This document shows positions 1-13,400 of a stretch of DNA of 64,000 bases, piece after piece. The notes below the pieces were generated by a model, which saw nothing but the letters and a program-made list of their open reading frames with translations, was not told the DNA's origin and did not search any database. This DNA comes from Vicugna vicugna (Eukaryota): contig MU057584.1 of NCBI GenBank assembly GCA_013265495.1, positions 536,608-600,607 of the forward strand, given 5' to 3'. Both the position numbers and the translations under genes were made by a program. Numbering within the stretch: the first letter of the stretch is position 1; each line of letters begins with the position of its first letter.

Positions 1-150
1 TGTTAGCTCATTTAATTTTCACGACAGCCCAACGAGGCAGACATTATTATTGCGTCCATTTTATAGATGAAGAAACCAAGGCACAAAAAGAGGTTAAGTA
101 ATGGGCTGAAGGCCACACAGTTAGCAAGGAACAGAACCAGGATTTGAACT
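1..150 (-). mobile_element. MIR (one of many in the window)
   Basis: ccattttatagatgaagaaaccaaggcaca...aggttaagtaa...ggatttgaac MIR core. Confidence 0.75.
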
Positions 151-1266
151 GGGGCAGTGCAAAGCTTCAGCCACGCCTGCCTCAGTTTCCCCCAACAGCC
201 TGGGAGCCCCTTGAGGGTTCAGACAAAGTCGAACTCGTCTTTAGGTCCACAGGTCATCCAGCATGGATGCCTGAGGTTTTTCCAAGTTGAAGTGACTTGA
301 AGTTGGCCCTGCTGGAGATCTATAGCATGTCCCTTCCTCTCTCCTAGCTTCAGTGTCCCCATCTGCCAAAAGGGGATGTCCTCCCCCACCTCCTCTGACT
401 TCACAGATTGCATGAGATAAGGGGTGCAGGAAAAGTGCTTTTCAAGGAGCAAAGGTCTGGCTGCCAGGAGCCACTCCCTGAGAGCAGAGGAGGAGGACAG
501 GCCTGGCAGCAGGGCAGGTCGGCGATCACTCCGCGGCCAGTGACCAGCACAGGCAAGCCTGGGTGGGACATCTGGCCCTGGCCTGCCCTCTCTTGCTGTG
601 TGACCCAAAGGCTTACTTGCTTGCTCTGGGCTCATCCATGCTTTGTCTGTGGAATGACAGGAGGTTGGTTTCAGTTCCTCCTCAGCCCCTTCCAGGACTG
701 AGCTTTCCTGAGGAGGTGATAAGGGGCTTCCCCAGCATTGTCATTACTCCCCACTCAGGAAGTAGGGACGAATCTTGGATACCAGGTGGGCACTGCTGGG
801 GGACGGACACAGGATGCAGAGCACACGGTTGTTTGGAGGTGGAGGACCAGCCTCCTTGGATCTTCAGACACCAGCCAGTGACCTCCCGGGTCTAGGATGG
901 GCTTTAGGGAGTGGTACACCCCCACGTTTTGTTTAGAATCCTGGGAATCCATTTTTCTCCCTGGTGATAAGACCATTGGCTTTTCCTTAGATTCTCCACA
1001 GTGCTTCATAATCCCCATATTTTTAGGAAGGACTTTGGGGGTAGCCTGAGCCTGGGACCCCAATATTGGGAGCTGAAGGGAGGGGAGACCAGGAGGGGGA
1101 GATGGGGGTTGGGGTTTGACACCCTAGGAGTCGGAGCCCTGGATTTCCCAGGATGGAGGAAGGGGGACGGGTTCCAGGAGGGGATGGGATTGGGGAATCT
1201 GTCTTAAAAGACAAAAGTCTTGACCACTTTCTGGAGCTCATCTTTTTCTTTCTCTTTCTTCCACAG

Positions 1267-1275
1267 ATGAATTGG
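1267..1275 (+). CDS. RELB: RELB exon 3 (9-nt microexon)
   Basis: Polypyrimidine tract then ccacag|ATGAATTGG|gtgagt; encodes (D)-E-L-(E), giving [15 protein letters not shown] with the next exon. Confidence 0.9.
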
Positions 1276-4200
1276 GTGAGTATCACAGGGCCGTTTTGTG
1301 GGGAGGGTGAGGAATCCAAGTGCTCACGTGGGGATCTTGGCCTTCCTTGTTGGGGAGGAGGTCACAGTGTAATTTCTGGGACTGTTGGGCTGTTAACAAA
1401 GTCACGTGCTCACAAGGTACTTAGCAGCACTTAACACTTAGCAAAGACTCAGTATATGTCAGCTGTCTTCAGTGTTACTGTTACTATGACTATTGTTCAT
1501 TCCTTCAGTGAATTATATTGAGCACCTGCTGCATGCCAGGCACTGTTCTAGGCACCGGGGATTCAGCCATGAATCAAAGTCCCTGCCCTATGGAAGCTGA
1601 TATTCTAGTGGGGGAGACAGTCGGAAAAGGAATAAAGTACAAGCTAATGTTAGATTGGGCTGAGGGCTGTGAAGGAAATAAACGGAAAGAAGGAGAGATG
1701 GCCTGGGGAAGACACGGTAGATCAGACCTTGACTTTGACTCTAAGGGAGATGGGAGTCACAGGAGGCTTCTGAGTGGATGGGGACAGCGTCTGACATCAG
1801 CTCCCTCTGGCTGTGTTTGGGAGACAGACTGGAAGAGGCGAGTTGGGAAATGGAAGCAGTGGTTCAGAGGGGGAATGATGGAGGGTGGACCTGGGTAGAA
1901 TTAGTGAGGGTGGGGAGAAGCAGAATGTGCATATATATTTGAGGTAGATGCAGAAGTTCACGGATCGGGGTCATGAGTAACTGGCAAAGATATGCATCCT
2001 TCCAGCTTGAGCATCTGGATGCTGCTGCTGCTGCTGCTTTTTGAGATAGGAACGGCGCGGGCAGAGCAGCTGCTATTCATGTTGTTATTAAATGGGGCAA
2101 GATGGAGGCGGGGTACCTGTCACTTGACCCTACCTTGATCCAGGTGAGGGGTGATGGAGGCAGGGATTCAGGAGCTATTTGGGAGGGGAATGGACGTGAG
2201 AGTGCAGGGGAAGGAGAAACCAAGTCGACTCCCCAGGTCTCCGGCTTCAAGAACTGGGGGATGCTGGGGGGCGGGTGCTGTTTGCAAGGAGGACAGGGGC
2301 TTTTCTGTGTTCGGAGCTGAAGCCCCTGCCCTCGGCCCACAAGAAATATGTCTTGAAGAAATATGAACGGGGAAAAGCGAGGGCAGCACAAGTCTGCGGG
2401 TAAAAAGTCTTTTCTTTTCTAACCAGCATCACCTCCCCGTTTTCGCTTCCCCCACAGAGATCATCGACGAGTACATCAAGGAGAACGGCTTCGGCCTGGA
2501 GGGGGCGCAGCCGGGCCCGGGTGAGGGGCTGCCGCGCCTGGTGTCTCGCGGGGCGGCCTCCCTGAGCACCGTCACCCTGGGCCCCGCGGCGCCCCCGCCC
2601 CCGGCCACGCCGCCGCCCTGGGGCTGCCCCCTGGGCCGGCTCGTGCCCTCGGCCCCGGGCCCCGGGCCGCGGCCGCACCTGGTCATCACCGAGCAGCCCA
2701 AGCAGCGCGGCATGCGCTTCCGCTACGAGTGCGAGGGCCGCTCGGCCGGCAGCATCCTCGGCGAGAGCAGCACCGAGGCCAGCAAGACGCTGCCCGCCAT
2801 CGAGGTGGGGCCCGGGGCCGGGGCCGGGGCCGGGGGCGGTGGGGCTCGCGCCCTCCCCACCTCCAAGATTCACAGGCACGCATTCATCTATTCCTGTTTT
2901 GTGGTGATTGTTATCACCGCTTTTGCTCTTGGAGCGGATGATGCTCTCTCACCTGGCCTTAAGTTAAAAAGGGCATGCAAAGAAAGGCCTTCTTCCAGTT
3001 TTACAGGACTGAGCAAAATTATCATTGCTGTAAAGGCGGTGTAGCCTCCTTGCTCAGAAGCGCGGCCTTAAGGTTAGAGTTCCTGAGGGGAGGGTAGAGC
3101 TCAGTGGTAGAGCGCATGCTCAGCATGCACGAGGTCCTGGGTTCAGTCCCTAGCACACTACTCCATTAACAACAACAACAAAATTTTTTTAAGAGTATGT
3201 CTTGGAGCTGAGCTCACATCAGGGTGACTGAAGCTGCCTTATTCTCTTTATCTTTTCACCTCGCTGTGTGAATGTGTAATAATATACTGTGCAAGTCTAT
3301 TGGTGGCCGTTTAGGTTGTTTCCTGTCTCCCACTATTACAAGCAGGGCTGTAGAGAACGACTCAGTTCATGTGTGTCACTCAGGCAACTCCTGGAAGTGG
3401 AGTTGGAATTGCTGGGCAAAGGTAATTTGATGGTTATTGCTACATTGCCTTCCACCGGGGCTGCACCCAGGACTGTCTCTCCCATTGATGTCTGAGGGGC
3501 CTGGTTCCTTGTGCCTCTCCAATGTGGAGGCTTCATGTGTTTCTGAGTCTTTGCCCAAATGTTCGTGGTACTTGAACAGTGTACTCACCATCCCACTAGC
3601 CCTGGATCCCGGCCCCAGCTGCTCCCTGACCTCCAGTTTCCTCCGTGGTGACCAGCTCCGAGTCTCCTCTAGATAGTCCCTGACAAGACAGCCAGAGGGG
3701 TGCTGTGAAATTACATATCTGCTCCTCTCCCCTGCTCAGAACCCTCCCTTGGCTCCCTAGTACCCTCAGGAGGAGCCCCAAGATCCTCCCTAGGCTTCTA
3801 AGACCTTTCATGGTCTGGCTGCCTGTTCCCACCCAGCCCCACTCACTCGCTTGCCACCGCCACGGTTTTGCCTGTGCTGTTCCTCCTGCCTGCAGCCTGG
3901 TCACCTCAGGGATGCCTTCCCTGACCTTCCACCCCAGGTCCCAGTTCCCTCCTGTGAGATCTCCTGCTTCCCCCTCCTCTCCCTCAGTCTCCCTCAATGG
4001 GATTTTTATGCTGAGCTTTATTTGGGTGATTAGCAGAGCAATCCTGTCCTACCCCAACACATTTGGATTTTAGGGTCAGAAAGACTTGGGTTTGAGTCCT
4101 GGCTCTGCCACTTACCAGCTGTATGGATTGGGGAAAATCTAGTGCTTCTCTTGGCCTCAGTTTCATCACCTGTAAAATGGGGATGAAACTCCCACCACTG

Positions 4201-7200
4201 CCACCCCGACCCAGAATGCTTCGAGGAAACCAGGGAGATGGCCCAGCTCTGGCGTGCAGGACCCCTCACTCAGCCAGGTGCCTGTAGTTCTCGTTACTTG
4301 ATTTGGCTCCAGGCACTGCGGCCAAAAGTAGCATGTTAGCAGGACATTTTGGTCAAAAGAATGATTTACTTTGAAATGTATATTTCATCACTGGGTTGCA
4401 CTGAGGGGCAATTTCTTAGCCCTTTATTTATCTTTAAGCACTTTGTGTTTTTCCAGTTTGATGGGATTTTTTTTAACGTTACGTCTCAACTTTTTTGGAA
4501 AAATGTTAAACCTGTGTAAAATAGACACGAATCATGCAATGAACACCTGTACACTTGTTGCTGGCATGTGCTTTGTCTCCCTGTCTTTGTGTAGACATTC
4601 ATAGAGGGAGATGTGAAAGTGAGTCAGAGATATGATACTTCACCTAAAATGTGTATCTCTCGAGAACCAGGACTTTTTTCTACAATGTGGGACCTATATA
4701 ATCACAACACCATTAGTACACTCTAGAAATGTAATATTCATGCAAGGATGTTATCTTATATTAAGTCCATATTCTAACGACCCCAGCTGTCCCTGGATTT
4801 CCTTTATAGCCATTGTTTTTCTTGTCCACAAGTTTATTTTCCGGTTCAAGATCACATGCTGCATTTCGTTGTCAGTTCTTGCTGTGGTCTGAATGTTCAT
4901 GTCCCCCCTCTATTCGTATATTGAAATCCTAACCATCAAGGTGACGGTGTTAGGAGGTGGGGTCTTTGGGATTAGTGCCCTTATAACAGAGACCCCAGAG
5001 AGTGCCCTCGTCCCTTCTGCCAGGTGAGGACACGGTGACACCATCTGCAGCCGAAAGAGGCTCTCACCGGAACCCAACTGTGCTGGCACTCTGATCTCGG
5101 AGTTCTAGCCTCTGGAACTGTGAGAAATACATTTCTGCTGTTTATACACCACCCAGTTCACGGTATTTTTCCCATACAGCCTGAATAGATGAAGACAGTG
5201 TCTTCGGTGTCCTTTGACCTGGGTTAGTTCTTCAGTCTGTCTTTGCATTTTGCGACATGGACATTTGTGGAAGACAGGAAAGGTGTCCTGTGAGGTGTTT
5301 TGTAAAATGGCCTACATTCCAGGTTTATGGGCTGTTTCCTGATTAGATCGAATTATTTGTTTTGGAGGGAATACCCCAGAGGTGGTGCTGTGGCCTTCTC
5401 AGTCTCACATCGAGGCACGTGGGGTGGCAGTCGGTCCAAGGATCTGATGCTGAGTCAGATCCTGTGGTTAAGGTGGTGTATTAATCAGCTCTGGCTGCCA
5501 TGACAAAATATCACACTGGGTGGCGTGAACCACAGGAATTTATTGTCTTACAGCTCTGGAGGCTGGAAATCTGAAATCGAGCTATTGGCAGGCTTGGTTC
5601 CCTCTGAGGCCTCTCGCCTCGGCTCGTAGATGGCTGCCTTCTGGTGCCGGTGTCTCTTTGTGTGTCCAAATTACCTTTTCTTTTCTTTTTCTCTTTTATA
5701 AGAAAATTACTTTTTCTAATAAGGACATGAGGCAGATTGGATTAGGGCCCACCCTAAGGCCTCTTAATTTACTCACCTCTTTCAAAGGCTCTGTCTCCAA
5801 ATATAGTCACATGCTAAGGTACTAGGGTTAGGCTTCAACATATGAATTGGGGGGGGTGCAGTTTAGCCTGTAACAGGTAGTGACCACCAGGTCCCTCCAT
5901 TGTAAAGGTACAGCTTTCCCTTTGTAATTAGTAAGTTATCTGTGGGGTGTTACTTTGAGGCTGTGTTTTCTCCAACTTTGTATGTCTAGGTCTTTCCAGG
6001 CAATTAGTCTAGCTTTGTGTTGGTTTTGAGTTCAAAGAGTTAGAGGAGCAAACATCCAACAATAGGGGGTGGCCTGACTCTCAATTTGTATTTAGTATTT
6101 TTATCCTCATCTTTTAAAGGAGGAGACTGAGGCTCAGAGAGGCTCACAAGTTACTTGTTCAGGGGTACACAGCAAACTTATTCTAGTAATTACTACCATT
6201 TACTAAGTGCTCCTGTGTGCCAGGTACTTAATAATACCCATTTTACAGATAAGGATGGTGAGACCAGAGAGATTTATCATGCAGATGGCCAGTGGTAGAG
6301 CCTGGATTTGGTACAAGGTTTGACTTAACTCTAGGGCCTAATGTTTTATCCACGATCTCGTGTGACATCTCTAAGAGGAAAAGCTTTCAGCCTTGCAGTC
6401 TTCATGACTCCTGAGACTGTTGACCTGGAGCTTTTCAGAATCTTTGAATATTACAGCAGGGAGCTGGTTTTAACCCTGTCTGACTCAACATTACCTACCT
6501 CTGCTCATAACCATCCCCCAAATCCATAATGCCCTACCTTCAGTGTCAAGGAGAAATAGAAGGAAAATTGTACAGTATATACAAGGACATTTATTTCAGG
6601 ATATAAATGCTCAGGCATAGCCCCAGGGAAACATAAACAAAGTAGTGGTTGCTTTTGACCTCATTACTACAGCAGCCATGAATGCAGCCTGAGCCAGCCT
6701 GGTGGACTTGGCCACTTGAGTGCCACACATCCAGGGTGGCCATTGATGACAGGATTTTCCAAAGTGGTGAACAATTCTCAGTCTAAATGAAATCCAGTCT
6801 TCTTTCAATTAACATGGTGATGGCAGTCCTGGAAAATTCAGTGTATTTGAAAGTTATGGGGAAAATACTGTATATGTAAAACGGGAGAGGTTCTGGGTTC
6901 TGACCATTTAAAACAGGTTTGGCACTGACGTGAATGTTGGCGGGACATTCAGAATTCTTGCAGGACTTGTGTAGGACTGTCCTGTGTAGCATCTCTGGCC
7001 CTGTGTACTGCCTGCTGTGGGTCTCCAACACCGTGTCAACCAAAATCATCCCCCAGTATCTCAGATGCCCCCTAGAGGGCAGTACTCTCCCACTGAGCCG
7101 CACCTGTTCATTGTCTTCTATAGGCATGAGCTTTACAGGTTCAGAGCAGGCTTTAGTGGTCCTTCGGTGCCAGCAGGGCCATGCAGGTGACCTACGAAAG

Positions 7201-7405
7201 CCAAGTGGCCCAGTGGGTCTGGGCCCCATCTAACGGGGCTGGAGTCTATCTGCTGCCCCATGTGGCTGCTGGGTAGAATTCCAGCCCCCATTGCCATAAC
7301 TTCCTTTTAGAAAAAGAGAATCTGGAAATCTGGAATAATGTGGTATCTCGTACTTTTTAAATGTAGGCTCCAAAATTTCCCCAACTTTTCATTTTGGAAA
7401 AAAAA

Positions 7406-7467
<62 letters not shown>

Positions 7468-10400
7468 TGGTGGGGGAAGGTAGTTAGGTTTATTCATTCA
7501 TTTATTGTTTGTGGAGATCCTGGGGATTGAACCCAGGACCTCATACATGCTAAGCACACACTCTACCACTGAGCTATACCCTCCCCCCACGACACTGATA
7601 TTTTTGACTGATGACCCACGTTTGGGCTTGTCTAATGTTTCCTCATGATTAGATGCACTTCTGGAGGGGCCATCATAGAAGTGATGTTGTGTCCCCTCCA
7701 GCGCTTCCCATCAGGGGATGCCTGTGTTATTTTGGCCCCATATTGGTGATGCTGACCTTGGTCACTTAGTTAAGGTGGTGTCTACAGGTCTTTCCCCTGT
7801 AAAGGTACCTCTCTCCCCTTGTCATTAGTATGTTATCTGTAGCTCATACTTGGAGATCCAACTTTTTTTTAAGTTGAATGACCAAAGAAAGCACATCTTT
7901 GGGGCAGCTATCATGCTAGGAGGCCCCCATGTTGGAAGCTTCTGGTTCAGGATCTCCGAAGGGTCTTAAACACTCTTCCATCATCCAGCGGGAGGGGGTG
8001 GGGAGCTACCAGGGAGGCCCCAGGGAGTTTGGATGGGTGCAGGTGTCTGCAATGGGACCCCAAGAGCCCCTGTCTTCCTGCAGCTCCGGGATTGTGGAGG
8101 GCTGCGGGAGGTGGAGGTGACCGCGTGCCTGGTGTGGAAGGATTGGCCTCATCGAGTTCACCCCCACAGCCTCGTGGGGAAAGATTGCACCGATGGTGTC
8201 TGCAGGGTGCGGCTCCGGCCTCACGTCAGCCCCCGGCACAGGTACCCACCCCCTGACCCTGACCCTTCACCCTTCATCATGGAGATTTGGAGGGGCTGAA
8301 GATCACCCCGGAAAACCTTAGGGCAAGGAAGTGGACAGCTTAGCCAGATTGTCCCCACTGCATTTCCGGGGAAACTGAGGTCTAGGGTGGGTGGAGGGTC
8401 TTACCTAGGCCTGGAACCCTGCCACACACACACACATTATTCACATGCATTGTATTTATCCTCATTTTGTAGAGGAGGAAACTGAGGCTCAGAGAGGTGA
8501 AGGAGCCCAGGTGGCCAATGGCAGAGGTCCATTCCTTAACTGCTAGGCCCATTCCTTCTTTTGCTTTTAATTTATATGTTGTTGATAAGTTAAAACATTA
8601 AGGGGGGAGAGTGTAGTTCAGTGGTAGAGCGCATGCTTTCATACACGAAGTCCTGGGTTCAATCCCCAGTACCTTCATTAAAAACAATTGAAAGGTTGAG
8701 AAAGGATGTGCAGTGAAAAATAAATTTCCTTCCATCTTTGGTCTTTCAGCACAGTGCCCTGTCCTGGAGGCAACTAAAGATATGCCATGCATATATTTTT
8801 TTTCTCCCCTAATAAGTGGTAGCCAACATTTGCACCTTGTTTTTATGTTCCAGTACATCTTAGAGATCATGCCTATCAGTACATTTAGAGCTGTCCCATC
8901 CTTTTTATGGGCTGCATAGTATTCCACTATATGGATCTACACAGTTAATTGAATAAGTCCCTATTAATGGGCACCCACAATGGTTCCAGTCTCTTGTTGG
9001 CTCTGTTACTAACTGTGCTGCCATGAATGGCTTCATATACATATATATACATCTATATATCTGTATCTTTATCTATCTATCTATATGTATATATCTCATT
9101 TTTTCTCTAGGATAAATTCCTACAAATGAAATTGCTGGCCCTCAAGTCTGTGCATTTATACTCTTCATGGGTTATAAACTTAAGGAAAATGTCAGCTCCA
9201 TGAGAGCAGGGATTTTGTCTCTTTTGTTCCCTGCTGTATCCCCTGGCGCCTGGCACACAGTAGGTGCTCAGAAAATATTGGTAGGATGAATGAGTACTGC
9301 CATATTGCCCTCCAATATGTGATTGCTAGAGCAATTTACAGTCCTGCCAGCCAGGAGGGAAAGCGCCTAATTCCCCACAACCTCACCAGCAGAGGGTATT
9401 TTCAAACATTTTGATCTTTGCTGTTTCAATGAGCTTAAAAAAAATTGGCATCACAGTGATGTTTAATTTGTTCTTTTCTTGTTATAAATGAGGTGAGCCA
9501 GTGTTTTCATGTGGTAGAGATACAGTGTGTTTCCAGGTTCTCCTAAGAGTTCTCCACACCCCAGTCCTCTCCCCCTGCTGGGACCCCTGGGCCTGGGGTG
9601 CTTCAGCATCTGAGACCCTGAGCCCCATGGCAGCTTCTGCTGGAGACTGCCTGTGGGTTCAGGCTACACCTGCCCCCTCAGGAGTCCCTCCCTCTACCCC
9701 TCCTCCCCCGACTCAGCTTTAACAACCTGGGCATCCAGTGTGTGAGGAAGAAGGAGATCGAAGCTGCCATTGAGCGGAAGATTCAGCTAGGCATCGACCC
9801 CTACAATGGTGAGTCCCCACGCCTAGCTTGGTCATCCTGTTCCCCCAACCCCTTGCCCTCTGCCAGCCCTGTCCCCTCACCTTCTCCAGTGTCCGCCATC
9901 TCCCCAGCCCCATCCCTTCCCTGTCTGCCGTTCCCCAACCATGGTCTTCAGCCCCCATGCTCAGCGTTCCCACATCTCTCCCACAGCTGGGTCCCTAAAG
10001 AACCATCAGGAGGTGGACATGAATGTCGTGAGGATCTGCTTCCAGGCCTCATATAGGGACCAGCAAGGACAGTTGCGCAGGATGGACCCTGTGCTCTCTG
10101 AGCCCGTCTATGACAAGAGTGAGTCAAGGGTGCTGTATCCATTAGGATTATTCTTGGCCACAGGTACCAGAAAGCCCCATGTACAATGGCATGAACAAAT
10201 AAACAGGGAGGTTTTTTTTTTTTTGGTCTCAGTTATTAAGTCTGTTCCTATGAATTCAGCTGCTCAGTTCTATCAGGGCATTTGTTCAGTAGCTCTATGA
10301 TTCTCTTGGCTTTTCCCTCATGGTCATGAGCAGTCTGCCACAGCTCCAGACATCACGTGTGTGTTCAGGGCATGATGGCAGTGTCGCCCTGTATGATGTG

Positions 10401-13400
10401 CAGGCTGTATACTACCCAATTCTAGGGATCAGCATTTACTATGTAGCCTGTGGAAACAGGGCCTTCTAGTGTTGGAGAATGCACAACCAGTACAACTATA
10501 CTAGGCAGCCCTTGAGAAGAGGCAGCATGGGTATCTCTCTCTTTTATAGAGAAAAAAATATATTCCTGAGAATCACTCTGGTAGATGTCTACTTATGTCT
10601 TGTTGGCCAGAACTTGGGCCCATGGCCACCTCTTGTTGCAGAAGAATCTGGGAAAGCAAATTTTCATCTTCTGTAGAGGGGTACAGGCATAGAAGAAGGG
10701 ATTGGGAATGGCTGTTAGATTTTAGCCAGCCTGCAGTGACTGCCATAAGCATCAGAATGGGGAGGAATATTGATTTAATCAGGGCTTTTATGGATGTGAG
10801 AAATAGAATTGCAACTCAAATAAGGAAAATTTTTAAGAATTTGTTTGTTCCATTAACTAAAAATATCCAGAGGTGTCACAGATCTTCAGGTCTGGCTGCA
10901 TCCAGGTTTTAAGTGATGTCATCAGAGATCTGTCTTTTTCTGTCTCTCAGCTATGCTTCCTTCATGTTAGAGTCATTTTGGGGAGGGTCCTCTCATGTGG
11001 GGGCAAAATAACTGTATGCAGCTCTAGTCTTACATTCTACCAGCTTGATACTTCTCCCCCACTCCCAAAGAGAGATTCTCTTATGCAGTATTTTGGCTCA
11101 GAGTCCCAGGGCTGTCTCTCATTGGCTTGGTTTTAGTCATGTGCTCCTCTCTGACCAATCAGCTATGGCCTGAAGGAGGCAATGCTCTGATTGGTCAGGT
11201 CTAGGGCACGGGATCACTGTTGAGCTGAGAGTGGGCTCAGCCCTACCCAATCCCCACGACTGAGGTGGGGGGTGGTCTGCTGAAGGAAGGTTGTGGGGCT
11301 GTTAACAGAAAAAGGGCCAGGACCACTAGACAGGCAAAACAGCGTGTGTCCATTACAAGTTTCAGGCCTGTTAGCCCTCATCTAAGAATCATCTTTGAGT
11401 CCTGACCCCACCAACCCCTCCCTGAGGTCTGAGCATCTCCCTTTTGGCCAGACATTCACCAGATCTCAGCACAGAGGACTTGTGATTGTCCATTAACCTC
11501 TCGTGCCTCGGCATCTCCTCTTCCACTTGGACCATGGGTTCCAGAAGGACCAGGCAACCTGGCTTCTCTGTTTCTCATCTCTCTGTGGTCCTGGGTGGGA
11601 ACCCATGGGGTACCTGGTAAGGGTTTGATGACTGAATCCTTGTTTTTTTTAAATATATTCCTTGCTCTCCTTTGTCCCAGAGTCCACAAACACATCAGAG
11701 CTGCGGATTTGCCGAATCAACAAGGAGAGCGGGCCGTGCACGGGAGGCGAGGAGCTCTACCTGCTGTGCGACAAGGTGCAGAAAGGTGAGGGGCCTGGGG
11801 CAGCGATGGGGTGGAGTGAGGTCTGGTGGCTCACAGGGACAGCCGGGGAGCCCAGAAGGGTGAGAGGATGAGGAAGAGCTGGCTAACCTGGGCAGCGGAG
11901 TGGAAGGGCCCAGAACTCCTGTTTTGGAGTCAGAAACAGCTGATTGATTCATTCATTCACTGAGTCACTCACTCACTCACTCACCCACTCGCTCATTCAC
12001 GAACAAAGAAGGAGGCTCATGCTGGGTGCTGGACAGCCCTTGCCATCAGGAGCTCCAGGAGACTGATATTAAAATTGTGGAGTTGCATAAATAAATGCTT
12101 TATGACAGTTGTGATAGGGGCTACAGATGAAGAAAACAAGGGACATTTCCAGTTGATTCACATCTGCTCAAATGTCCCTTCCTCAAATAGGGCTTAAAAA
12201 AAAACCCACCCAAGACTGCCTGGCTGAGGAGAGCTTTCCCTTTATTGTATATATTTTTCTCTGTCCTTTGCGTATTCTGTCATGTGATTCTTTTATAAAT
12301 AACATCACCACCAACAGAAAAGCTGACATTTAGCTTGCTCCTAATATATGACAGACTCTGTCATAAGCACTTTGTATACATCATTTATTCAATCATCTCT
12401 TTGCCTAAGAGTTCTGTGAGGTAGATTCTATTATTCCCTTTTACAGATGAGGAAACCGAGGCACAGAAAAGTTAAGGAACTTGCTCAAGGTCACATGGCT
12501 AGGCAGGTAGAGACAGGATTTGAATCCAGGCAGTCTGTGCTCATAATCATTCTTTTGGGAGGAAAAGTAAGAAATAAAGAGAGTTGAAAAAAATTCAGGA
12601 AGACGGTGAAAAAGTGGTATTTGGAGATAAATAATACTGAGAAACAGGATAGAAAGGAATGTCTAGAGGGGTTGTGAGGCACAATTTTACTTAGAGGGGC
12701 CAGAGAGGATGCTTTTAGGAGGTACTATTGGAGCCGTGAAGAGTCTGTGTGGCCATGTGAGGAAGAGTGTTCCAGCAAAGGGAACAGCAGGTGCAAAGGC
12801 TCTGAGGTAGGAGCTGGTCTAGCTGTTGGAAGAACACTAAGGCCAGTGGGGCAGGAGGGCAGAGAGAGGGGAGGAGAGTAGGACAACCTGCCACAGCCTC
12901 ATGAATCCTCCCCACAATCTTTTCTCAGATTCTATGGTTATATAGTTAACATCTGTCTCTACCCCACCCCCGGCCCCCGCCACTGGGTTGTAAGGGCAGG
13001 ACCTGAGGATATCCTGGTGAGCAACTGTGTCCCCAGAACCACCCAGTCTAGGGCCAAGCACACATGAGGTTCTCAGGAAAAAAATTTTTTTCAGTAATTC
13101 TTTTTTTTTTTTTTGCCACAAGTTTCACTCTTAAAACAAAAAAATTTTGACCATTTCAAAGTGTACACAATTCAGTGGCATCTAATACATTCACGCTGTT
13201 GTGCCACCACTGCTATCTAGCTCCAGAACATTCCATCGCCCCAAAAATGAACCCCATACCTGTTAAGCAGTCACTCCCTATTCCCCTCTCTTCCAGCCTC
13301 TGGCAACCACTAATCTATTTTCTGTCTCTATGGATTTGCCTATTCTGGACATTTTATGCAAATAGAATCTTACAATATGTGGTCTTTTGTGTCTGGGTTC

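Noticed and set aside
5200..7860. Apparent local duplication (ttaaggtggtgt...tgtaaaggtac near 5470/5900 and 7770, similar again near 56090)
   Set aside because: Better explained as independent copies of an old L1MC-type 3' end.
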